Below, in pieces: positions 56,053-64,000 of a stretch of 64,000 nt of DNA (the first letter of the stretch is position 1; every line of letters starts with the position of its first letter). The translations under genes were made by a program, and so were the position numbers. The DNA is taken from contig JBEKGK010000002.1 of assembly GCA_050012835.1 (NCBI GenBank), forward strand, positions 1,428 through 65,427, in the 5' to 3' direction. The DNA comes from Solirubrobacteraceae bacterium. GTDB lineage: Bacteria; Actinomycetota; Thermoleophilia; Solirubrobacterales; Solirubrobacteraceae. The notes under the pieces are model-generated. The model saw only the letters and a list, made by a program, of their open reading frames with translations. It was not told the DNA's origin and did no database searches.

Positions 56053-56745
56053 GTGCGCACGTACTCGGACCAGCTGGCGTCGGCGGGTACATCGATCGAC
56101 GCGATCGTGGAGAGCGCGCTCGAGGCGGCGCGCCCGGAGCCGCATCTGCGCTGGCTTGACATCGGCTGCGGAACCGGAGACCTGCTTCGCAAGATCAGGG
56201 ACGAGTGGCAGCCGGCCGAGCTCTACGGGATCGACCCGATCGACTGGCTCGATGAGGATCTGCGCGGCGATGTGACGTTTCACACAGTCGCCGCCGAGGA
56301 GGCTGAGGAGCTGCCGACCGCCGACCGCGTCCTGCTGGTCGAGGTGATCGAGCACCTCGAGGCTCCCTGGAGCGCGCTGCGCAAAGCCGCCCGTCTCCTC
56401 GCCCCCGGCGGTCGACTGGTTGTGTCCACTCCCAACCTCGCCACACTTCGCAATCGCCTGGAGCTCGGGCTGCGCGGAGGGCTGACGAGCTTCCGGCCCG
56501 ACAATCAGCCACACATATCCCCCGCGCTTCCGCACGTCACGACTCGAGTCCTGGAGGAAGAGGGCCTCACAGTGGAAGCGCCGCGCTTTGCTGCGGCCGA
56601 TGTGATCTCACTCAGCAAAGGCCGTATCTGGCCCGAGACGATTCGCCAGCGCTATCCGAGCCTGACGTCCGTGTCGGTGATCATCGCCGCCAGCCGGGCA
56701 CCGGCGAACGGCAGTCACAACGGTTCACTTGACAGCAGCGCCTAG
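56053..56745 (+). CDS. Class I SAM-dependent methyltransferase
   Basis: LDIGCGTG, EVIEHL, LAPGGRLVVSTPN. Confidence 0.9.
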   Translation: MRTYSDQLASAGTSIDAIVESALEAARPEPHLRWLDIGCGTGDLLRKIRDEWQPAELYGIDPIDWLDEDLRGDVTFHTVAAEEAEELPTADRVLLVEVIEHLEAPWSALRKAARLLAPGGRLVVSTPNLATLRNRLELGLRGGLTSFRPDNQPHISPALPHVTTRVLEEEGLTVEAPRFAAADVISLSKGRIWPETIRQRYPSLTSVSVIIAASRAPANGSHNGSLDSSA

Positions 56746-57893
56746 GTGACCGTCGGCGGCGGCTCGGCCGCGACATCCCTCCCGCTCTTACCGCTGTCTG
56801 GACCCAGCGCCTCGAGCTCGGCGAAGAACCGCTTGCACATGGCGGCGTCGGTGAAGTCGCGCAGGAAGCGCTCCCGCCCGGCCTGGGCGATCGCGGCGCG
56901 CAGCTCCGCGGACACGAGCAGCGGCTCCAGCGCGTCCGCCAGCGCGACGGGCTCGCCCGAGCGCGCGAGCATGCCCGTCTTGCGGTGCTCGATGAAGTCG
57001 CCCGGGCCGCCGGAGTCGACCGCGACGACGGCGACTCCGCGCGCCATTCCCTCCAGCAGGACGATGCCGAAGGGCTCGGGATCGGACGCATTGACAAGGA
57101 CGTCCAGCTGCTCGATGTACGGTCCGGCGTCGGGTACCTGACCGGTCATCGTGACCGCGTCCGTGAGCCCCAGGCTCTCCGCGAGCGGCGCCAGCGACGC
57201 TGCGTAGCCGGGAGACAGGCCGTAGGAGTCGCCGCCCACGATGACCAGGTGAATCTCGTGCCCGCGTTCGCGCAGCAGCGCCTGGGCGCGCAGCATTCGA
57301 TCCTGCCCCTTCCAGGGCTGCAGGCGTCCCACGAGCCCCACCACGGGAGCCCCCGGGCGAAGCTGTAGCGGCGCGGGAGCCGAGGTGGCGTCAGGCACCG
57401 GCGCACCGGCGCCGACCACGAACGTGGGCCTGCGCGGGAACAGCCGCTCCTGCGCCTGCGCGGCGGCTCTCGAGTAGCAGCCGATCGCAACCGCGGGTAG
57501 CAGCGTCGCGCAACGATCGATCCAGTCGCCGGTCGGGATCGCCTGCTGCCACCAGAGGACGCGGTCGCTCATCCCGGCCAGCGCGGCAGCCGGTGACCCG
57601 TACAGGTGGGTCTTGGCCGCCCAGTTGAGGATCAGATCCGGCTGGCTGCGGCGGAAGATGCTCGCGAGCCGAAGGACGGTTGGCAGCCACCGGTGAGCCT
57701 GACGAAGGCGCGCGGCGTGAATCACCTCTACGGTGAAGCCCGCGTCGATCAGCTCAGCCGGCCACGGCCCCGGCTCGAAAAACACGAGCTCGACCTCATG
57801 CCCACCCTCGCGTGCCCCCTCGATGACCGCCTGGAGCATCGCCTCCGCGCCGCCGAGACGCTCTCCCCACGGCGCGGTTACGAGGATGCGCAC
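56742..57893 (-). CDS. GT4 glycosyltransferase
   Basis: GGAEAML, GRLQPWKGQD, EPFGIVLLEGMARGVAVV; GTG start after GGAGG. Confidence 0.92.
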   Translation of the reverse strand: MRILVTAPWGERLGGAEAMLQAVIEGAREGGHEVELVFFEPGPWPAELIDAGFTVEVIHAARLRQAHRWLPTVLRLASIFRRSQPDLILNWAAKTHLYGSPAAALAGMSDRVLWWQQAIPTGDWIDRCATLLPAVAIGCYSRAAAQAQERLFPRRPTFVVGAGAPVPDATSAPAPLQLRPGAPVVGLVGRLQPWKGQDRMLRAQALLRERGHEIHLVIVGGDSYGLSPGYAASLAPLAESLGLTDAVTMTGQVPDAGPYIEQLDVLVNASDPEPFGIVLLEGMARGVAVVAVDSGGPGDFIEHRKTGMLARSGEPVALADALEPLLVSAELRAAIAQAGRERFLRDFTDAAMCKRFFAELEALGPDSGKSGRDVAAEPPPTVT

Positions 57894-58053
57894 GGGACCT
57901 CCGGGGCGATCGCCTGGCGCGGAGAGCCGACTATCCGAACCGGGCTTCCTGGCCGCTCGATCACCGCTTGAGGTTATCCAAATGCGTGGGCAGGGGCTCG
58001 CGCCGGCAGGCCGTCCGCGCCTCGCTCGGCGCGTGTACCCTGCAACCGCACAC

Positions 58054-58977
58054 ATGCCGACACCTACACGCAACGACCCAGCCAGCTCCACCGCGCGCAG
58101 CTGGCTGGGCCGCCGACGCCGGGCGATGCGCCGCATGATGCGCCGGGCGAACGCCGCAGGCGAGGTGACACCCGTCGTGGGCGGAGGGATCGACCTGCCT
58201 CCACCGCCACCGGACTGTCCGCCGGGCTGGACGACGGGCCCCCCTGACTTCGTCGGCGTTGGCGTGCAGCGCTGTGGAACCACCAGGTGGTTCGACCTGA
58301 TCGCTTCACACCCAGAGGTGGCACCGCCAGGACCCGCCAAGGAGCTGCACTACTTCGACCGCTTCTACCTCGGCGGATGCACCGCGGCCGAGACGGCCCG
58401 CTACCACGAGTACTTCCCGCGCGCCGCGGGGTGCAAGGCCGGCGAGTGGACGCCGCTGTACGTGAGCGCTCCCTGGATACCCAGCCTGCTCGCCGCCGCC
58501 GCTCCCGAGGCGCGTCTGCTGGTGCTGCTTCGCGATCCGGTCGAGCGCTACGTATCCGGCCTTCAGCACGTCACTCGCGTGGCGCGCAGACGCGGAGCGC
58601 CGCTCAGCCGCTACGCGCCGCTCGACCAGTTCCTGCGAGGCTTCTACCACGACCAGCTCGCTCGCCTGATGCGTCATTTCGAGCGCTCACAGGTACTGGT
58701 GCTGCAGTACGAGCGCTGCACGAGCGAGCCGCTGTCACAGCTGCGCCGGACGTTCGAGTTCCTGGGGCTCGAGGATCTCGAGTTCAGGCCCGACCTCGAG
58801 GCCCACCCCGGCAGGCAGATCGACAAGCCCGAGCTGGACCCCGATGCGCGCGAGTCCTACGTGCGGGCCTACCGCGAGGACGTGACCAGCCTGCTGGAGG
58901 CCTTTCCCGAGATCGACGTTCGCCTGTGGCCCAACTTCGCCCAGCTGGCGCACGAGCGCGCCGCTACGCGCGCTTGA
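58054..58977 (+). CDS. Sulfotransferase, third subfamily
   Basis: PDFVGVGVQRCGTT, KELHYFD, GEWTPLY, LLRDPVERYVS. Confidence 0.88.
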   Translation: MPTPTRNDPASSTARSWLGRRRRAMRRMMRRANAAGEVTPVVGGGIDLPPPPPDCPPGWTTGPPDFVGVGVQRCGTTRWFDLIASHPEVAPPGPAKELHYFDRFYLGGCTAAETARYHEYFPRAAGCKAGEWTPLYVSAPWIPSLLAAAAPEARLLVLLRDPVERYVSGLQHVTRVARRRGAPLSRYAPLDQFLRGFYHDQLARLMRHFERSQVLVLQYERCTSEPLSQLRRTFEFLGLEDLEFRPDLEAHPGRQIDKPELDPDARESYVRAYREDVTSLLEAFPEIDVRLWPNFAQLAHERAATRA

Positions 58978-59722
58978 CGGCGCTCAGCCCGACGCTCAGA
59001 TACGGATAGCCCAGGAGCCTGCTCAGCGGCCTGTCCACGATCACCAGCGCGCGTAGCGGCAGGATCGCCAGCCAGGCGGCCGGACGGCCGAGCAGGCCGG
59101 TCAGCCTCCTCATCAGATCGGTCACCTTCTGCGAGACCACGCCGCTGATGAAATCCTCGCTCTCGACCTCCAGCCCCGCATCGTGCGCGATCTGCCGCAG
59201 TCGCTGTGGCGAATATCCGTAGCGGACATGAGAGCCATCCTCGACCTGACTCGGGTTGGGCTCCTCGGAGTAGAGCGGGCGGTGACCATCGTGGGGCGCG
59301 GTCAGCAGCAGTCGCCCGCCGGGACTCAGCATCGCGGCGAGTGAACGCACGAGACGCTCGTCATCGTTGACGTGCTCGATCGTCTCACAGCAGATGACCT
59401 GATCGAACTGACCAAGCGAGACACGATGTTCCTCGAGCTCGCGCAGGTCGAGGGTGCGAAACTCGATCCCGCTCACACCGAGCTCCTCGCTTCTGCGCCG
59501 CACGCCGTCGCGCTCGTGCTCTGAGAACGAGGCCGCCAGCACCTGGTTTCCGGTGCGCGCCGCATAGATGCTGAAGCCACCGTTCCCACAGCCTGCGTCG
59601 AACGTCCTCAGGTTGCCACCGCGCAGGTGCCGGCGCAGCCACAGCCAGCGATCGAGCACGCAAGGGTCACCGTGTATGAGCAATGCGCGCCAGCCGAGAA
59701 CGCGGAGCATCGTGTCCGACAT
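58964..59722 (-). CDS. Class I SAM-dependent methyltransferase
   Basis: FDAGCGNG, ETIEHV, LSPGGRLLLTAP. Confidence 0.9.
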   Translation of the reverse strand: MSDTMLRVLGWRALLIHGDPCVLDRWLWLRRHLRGGNLRTFDAGCGNGGFSIYAARTGNQVLAASFSEHERDGVRRRSEELGVSGIEFRTLDLRELEEHRVSLGQFDQVICCETIEHVNDDERLVRSLAAMLSPGGRLLLTAPHDGHRPLYSEEPNPSQVEDGSHVRYGYSPQRLRQIAHDAGLEVESEDFISGVVSQKVTDLMRRLTGLLGRPAAWLAILPLRALVIVDRPLSRLLGYPYLSVGLSAVKRA

Positions 59723-59795
59723 CGGCGCCAAAGATATAGCAGCGACCAACCACGCCGCTGATCGCCGTCAGCAGGGTGGATACCCTCAGCTCTGC

Positions 59796-60917
59796 ATGAA
59801 CCCGCCCGCCCCACAGCCGAACCCCCGCGAGCAGATCACGCTCGCGCACGACTACCTGCTGGTCATGCGCGGCGCCGAGCGCACGTTCGCGGCGATCGCC
59901 GAGCTGTATTCCCATGCTCCGATCTTCACCTTGCTCTACGACGAGCAAGGCACGAACGGGCGCTTCGCGGGACGCTCGCTGACCACCTCTTCGCTGCAGC
60001 GCCTGGGCGCCGGCCAGTCGAACTTCAGACGGCTGCTGCCACTCTATCCGTGGGCGGTCGAGCGGTTGAAGCTGCCGCCGTCCGATGTGCTGCTGAGCAG
60101 CAGCAGCGCTTTCGCTCATGGGGTGCGCGTTCCCGCCGGCGCCGTCCACGTCTGTTACTGCTACACACCGTTTCGCTACGCCTGGTATGAGCAGGAGCGT
60201 GCGCTTGCGGAGACCCCTCTCCTGATACGTCCGCTGCTGCGCCGCCAGCTGGAGCGGATACGCCGCTGGGACCTGGCCACCAGCCGCCGTGTCGATGCCT
60301 TCATCGCCATCTCAGATCTCAGCCGAGAGCGGATCAAGCGCTACTACGGGCGCGACGCTCCGGTCATCCACCCCCCGGTGGAGACTCACCGCTTCTCACC
60401 GGGGACGCCCGGCGACTCGCTGCTCGTCGTCTCTGAGATCGTCCGCCACAAGCGTGTGCAAGTCGCACTCGAGGCCGCTCGTCGCGCGCACGCGCCGATC
60501 CGCATCGTCGGCTCCGGCCCGGACCACGAGGCGCTGAGCGATGCATACCCCGAGGCCGAGTTCCTCGGGCGCGCAGACGATGAGGATCTCGCGCACCTGT
60601 ATGCGAGCGCTCGCGCGGTGGTGGTACCGAGCCTGGAGGAGTTCGGCATCGTCGCGGTCGAGGCGCAGGCCGCAGGACGTCCTGTCATCGCGGCGGCCGC
60701 CGGTGGCGCGTTGGAGACCGTGCTCGATGGCCAGACGGGGAGGCTTGCGCAGCTGGACGACGTCGAGTCCTTCGTCCGCGCGATCGAGACGATCGACACG
60801 CTCGAGTTTGACCCCGCGCGCGCCGTGGAGAATGCCGAGCGCTTCTCTGTGGCGGCTTTTCAGCGCCGCCTGTGCGAGCAGGTCGAGCGGGCCGTTGACA
60901 ACAGGCGCGAGCCTTGA
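59796..60917 (+). CDS. GT4 glycosyltransferase (WbaZ-like)
   Basis: HDYLLVMRGAER, CYCYTPFRYAW, VIHPPV, EEFGIVAVEAQAAGRPV. Confidence 0.92.
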   Translation: MNPPAPQPNPREQITLAHDYLLVMRGAERTFAAIAELYSHAPIFTLLYDEQGTNGRFAGRSLTTSSLQRLGAGQSNFRRLLPLYPWAVERLKLPPSDVLLSSSSAFAHGVRVPAGAVHVCYCYTPFRYAWYEQERALAETPLLIRPLLRRQLERIRRWDLATSRRVDAFIAISDLSRERIKRYYGRDAPVIHPPVETHRFSPGTPGDSLLVVSEIVRHKRVQVALEAARRAHAPIRIVGSGPDHEALSDAYPEAEFLGRADDEDLAHLYASARAVVVPSLEEFGIVAVEAQAAGRPVIAAAAGGALETVLDGQTGRLAQLDDVESFVRAIETIDTLEFDPARAVENAERFSVAAFQRRLCEQVERAVDNRREP

Positions 60918-60962
60918 CCGCGGCCATGACCGCTGCGTACAGCAGCGGATATCCTGCGGGCA

Positions 60963-62285
60963 ATGCCCGGGAGAGCGCTCCGCATCGCATGGCTCGGGGC
61001 CGTGCCGTCCTCCCGGGAAACCGGGGGTGTCCCCGGTGTCGCGACCGAGCTTCTGCACGGCCTCGCGACGCTCGGTCACCGGATCGATTGCTTCTCTCCC
61101 GCGGCGGAGCACGAGCTGCCGGCGCGGCTCTCAGAAGATAAGAACCTGACGTTCGCCTGGGGAACCGCGGGCTGGCGGTGGGGTCGCTGGTACAGCCGCA
61201 CGAAGATCGCGGCGTTTGCATCTGGCCTGTTTGCTCGCGCTCTCGGGGCTCTGCGGCTGCGGCGGGAGCTCGCGCGCAGGCACCGGCGGGAGCCTTACGA
61301 CGTGATCTACCAGTTTTCGAACATAGAGGCGCTTTCCGTGCCATCGAGCGTCGCCCGCCAGGTGCCGCTCGTAATACATCCGGAGACACACGCAGCGGGT
61401 GAGCTCAGATTCCTGATCGCCGAGCGTCAGCTGAGCTTTCGATGCCAGCCGCGTCACACGTTCGCCGTCGCGGTGGCGATCATGTCGCTGCGCGCTCTCA
61501 TCCAGCGAGTGAGGATCCGGCGCGCGCGCCTGCTCATATGCATCAGCAGCGCGTTCCGCTCACACCTGGTTCACGACTACGGCTTCCCCCTGAAGGACAC
61601 CGTCGTCATACCGAACCCGGTACGCCTCGAACGGTTCACCAACTCCGAGCGCGAGCTGGGAGAGCCGCCCACGGTGCTGGTGCTCGGCCGGATCGCGGTT
61701 CGCAAGGGCATCGAGGACGTCGTGCAGGTTGCGCGGACGCTGCTCGAGCGCGACGTCGACGCTCGCATGCGCGTCGTCGGTGGGCCGGGGCTGTGGTCGG
61801 ACTACACGAAGCTGCTCGAGGACCTGCCGCCCGAGAACGCCGAGTACGTCAGACGCATCTCCCCGTCTGAGATCCCCGGTGAGCTCGCCCGGACCGACGT
61901 GCTGTTGCAGGCGAGCAAGTACGAGCCCTTCGCCCTGACCGTGGCGGAGGCGCTGGCCGCCGGGGTCCCGGTCGTGGCGACAAGCGAGGTCGGCGCGATC
62001 GAGGGTGTCGACAGATCGGTCGCAATCGAGGTCGAACCGGGTGACGTCGCGGGCATGGCCACGGCGATCACCGACATGCTCGAGCGGGTGCGAGCGGACG
62101 CGGCGCAGACCCGATCGCTCGCGCGCGCGGAGGCCGAGCGGCTGTTCGCGTCCGAGGTGGTGTGCGAGCAGATCTCGACGGCGCTCGTGCAGCTCGTCGA
62201 CGCCGGCGGCAACCGTAACGGCCCGATCCCGGCCGGGCAGGCGCTCGGCGGCGATACGCCGGCTGACTCACATGAGCTCAGCTAG
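60963..62285 (+). CDS. GT4 glycosyltransferase
   Basis: IPNPV, GRIAVRKG, YEPFALTVAEALAAGVPVV. Confidence 0.9.
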   Translation: MPGRALRIAWLGAVPSSRETGGVPGVATELLHGLATLGHRIDCFSPAAEHELPARLSEDKNLTFAWGTAGWRWGRWYSRTKIAAFASGLFARALGALRLRRELARRHRREPYDVIYQFSNIEALSVPSSVARQVPLVIHPETHAAGELRFLIAERQLSFRCQPRHTFAVAVAIMSLRALIQRVRIRRARLLICISSAFRSHLVHDYGFPLKDTVVIPNPVRLERFTNSERELGEPPTVLVLGRIAVRKGIEDVVQVARTLLERDVDARMRVVGGPGLWSDYTKLLEDLPPENAEYVRRISPSEIPGELARTDVLLQASKYEPFALTVAEALAAGVPVVATSEVGAIEGVDRSVAIEVEPGDVAGMATAITDMLERVRADAAQTRSLARAEAERLFASEVVCEQISTALVQLVDAGGNRNGPIPAGQALGGDTPADSHELS

Positions 62286-63080
62286 CCAGTCCGTCTCGCC
62301 CCGCTGGATCTTCTCGTAGATGAGCCTCGATTGGCGAACGTGATGCCTCTGGGTCGTGCGTTCCCAGGAACGCCACCTGGCGCCGTTGACCAGTCGCGTC
62401 GCCGGACGCAGCGCCGGCATCCGCCCGAGCTGCACCGGCTCGGGAGCCAGCGCACGGTGCACGGGGCTGAGTTCGCCGGCGCGGAATCCGGCGCCGTGGT
62501 GATAGATCGTGTCCGCGTAGATGGCGAAGTACAGGGGGTCCAGGTTCCTGCGGTTCGATCGGAGCAACTGCACCCACGGAGTGTCCGTCAATTCCAGCCT
62601 GCGCAGCAGGTTGCCGCCAACGTCGGTCGTGGGCTCGCCCCTGGCGCCCGGCCACGTGGGGCCGGCGGTCCAGTCGCCGGGTAGGCTGCGCCAGGTGCCC
62701 ACCGTGGTCACGCAAAAGCATGGGTGAGGTTGCGGCTCATCGGCGTTCTCGGCCCTGCGCACGGCTATCAGCGGCGCCTCGGCCAAGCCCTTCGTGATGA
62801 GCGGCATCGGATCGGCGATCGGAAAGGCGTCACCGTCCATGAACATCAGAAGGTCATCGTCCGCCGCCTCCTGTGAGATCTCCATCGCCATGTGATTCAG
62901 CTTGCCGGCATGCGAGCCGCGCTGCTGCACTATCCGATCGAAGTGGACCGAATACGACGGATCGATGTGCTCGAGCGAGGACCACGTCTGGTACGGGACC
63001 GAGATGTGCTGACGCAGATGTCTCGTCTGGATCTCTATCCATTGAGGCGACCTGTAGTGCACCGACGCGATGTAAAGCAC
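62268..63080 (-). CDS. Hypothetical protein, probable GT-A fold glycosyltransferase
   Basis: HAGKLN...LLMFMDGDAFP (DxD after a hydrophobic strand), HPCF, DVG, IYHH. Confidence 0.6.
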   Translation of the reverse strand: MLYIASVHYRSPQWIEIQTRHLRQHISVPYQTWSSLEHIDPSYSVHFDRIVQQRGSHAGKLNHMAMEISQEAADDDLLMFMDGDAFPIADPMPLITKGLAEAPLIAVRRAENADEPQPHPCFCVTTVGTWRSLPGDWTAGPTWPGARGEPTTDVGGNLLRRLELTDTPWVQLLRSNRRNLDPLYFAIYADTIYHHGAGFRAGELSPVHRALAPEPVQLGRMPALRPATRLVNGARWRSWERTTQRHHVRQSRLIYEKIQRGETDWLAELM

Positions 63081-63145
63081 CGCTAGCTGACCACCCTGAG
63101 CGGATCAGGCCATCCTGGACGTTTGTTCGGCCAGGCTGCGGGCAT

Positions 63146-63173
63146 TAAAGACTTGGACGGCACGATCCGATAA
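63146..63173 (+). promoter_or_regulatory. Sigma28/WhiG-type promoter candidate
   Basis: TAAA-N16-TCCGATAA, close to the TAAA-N15/16-GCCGATAA consensus. Confidence 0.65.
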
Positions 63174-63232
63174 CAAAAGCACATCCATGTCCGCACAACG
63201 GACACGGGCCACCTCGAGTGCTCAGGGATCAA

Positions 63233-63484
63233 ATGCTCCTCTTCCTCATCCCCGTTGCCTGGTTTGCAGTTGCGGCTTTCGTCGTGCTCCTCTGCCGGGG
63301 CGCGGCCGCTGCCGATGCGGTGCTGATCGCCGGCGCAGAGCGCGTCGGTCCGCGGGCCGCCGTCGGCGCGACCGCGGGCTCACGCTCGCATGCACGCGCC
63401 CGCACCACCTGGCGTCACGCGGGAGCGCGCTCCGCGTCTCGAGCATCCGCAGGCCACGACCGCGGAGCTCGGGTCGGTCGCTGA
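63233..63484 (+). CDS. Small membrane protein (W...LCxxAxxxD family)
   Basis: MLLFLIPVAWFAVAAFVVLLCRGAAAAD; SD-like AGGGA; resembles 21214..21465. Confidence 0.6.
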   Translation: MLLFLIPVAWFAVAAFVVLLCRGAAAADAVLIAGAERVGPRAAVGATAGSRSHARARTTWRHAGARSASRASAGHDRGARVGR

Positions 63485-63506
63485 CTGCGGCGCGCTGGCT
63501 TGGGTT

Positions 63507-64000
63507 TTACAGTCCGCGGCGTTGGAGTACGTGGGGGATGGTGCGTAGGAGGATCTTGATGTCGGTCCATAGCGACCAGTTGGCGACGTAGAGATAGTCG
63601 ATCGCGACCATCTCGCGGAGCGGCACCCTGGCCGGGCCGAGGATCTGCCAGGGGCCGGTCATGCCGGGCATCAGCTCCAGCCGCCGGCGATGCCAGCCCT
63701 CGATGCGCTGGTCCTCGTCCAGTACCAGCGGCCGCGGGCCCACGAGGCTCATCTCGCCGCGCACGATGTTCCACAGCTGCGGCAGCTCATCCAAAGCCGT
63801 GCGCCGCAGCAACCGCCCGACCCTCGTCACGCGCGGGTCCTCAGCGATCTTGAACAACCCCTCCTGCGCCTCGTTACGAGCACGCAACCCGTCCTTCAGC
63901 GCCTCCGCGTTGGGCACCATCGTACGGAACTTCAACATCCGGAAACGCTGCCCATAGCGCCCCACACGCTGCTGACGAAAGAACACCGGGCCACCATCCT
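63507..64000 (-). CDS. Priming sugar transferase (polyprenyl glycosylphosphotransferase, WcaJ/CpsE-like), 3' part only
   Basis: FFRQQRVG, KFRTM, DPRVTRVG, LDELPQLWN, GEMSLVGPRP, PGMTG; runs off the window edge. Confidence 0.95.
   Translation of the reverse strand, partial: DGGPVFFRQQRVGRYGQRFRMLKFRTMVPNAEALKDGLRARNEAQEGLFKIAEDPRVTRVGRLLRRTALDELPQLWNIVRGEMSLVGPRPLVLDEDQRIEGWHRRRLELMPGMTGPWQILGPARVPLREMVAIDYLYVANWSLWTDIKILLRTIPHVLQRRGL

Noticed and set aside
63187-63591. 134-aa ORF directly after the sigma28-like promoter
   Set aside because: Arg-rich, overlaps the priming GT gene; the 63233 frame has an SD and a paralog in the window

Overview
High-GC window that looks actinobacterial; codon style, gene content and frequent -10-adjacent starts suggest Thermoleophilia/Solirubrobacterales (inference). 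1-18 kb is housekeeping and envelope genes: beta-oxidation enzymes (SDR, thiolase, acyl-CoA dehydrogenase), rhodanese, cupin, ArfB, CspA, RibD-C, MscS, UppP, ChrA, two GT-C-like membrane proteins, a PHP-GT4 fusion next to a DUF2334-like gene, and one stray sulfotransferase. 18-21.5 kb is a three-gene zinc-ribbon module of unknown function. From ~21.7 kb to beyond the right edge (>42 kb) lies a large surface-glycan locus: cysD/cysNC (PAPS supply), 7 sulfotransferases, 11 GT4-like, a GT2, a GT-A-like and a priming glycosyltransferase, 4 methyltransferases, 2 LbH acetyltransferases, a PIG-L-type deacetylase, Wzy-like and Wzc-like proteins, an ABC exporter, a secreted clan-GH-A-like hydrolase and two secreted Ig-like proteins. 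The best candidates for an undescribed system are this putative multiply sulfated polysaccharide pathway and the zinc-ribbon module. No rRNA, tRNA, CRISPR array or transposase was recognised. All calls rest on motif recognition only; no database search was run.
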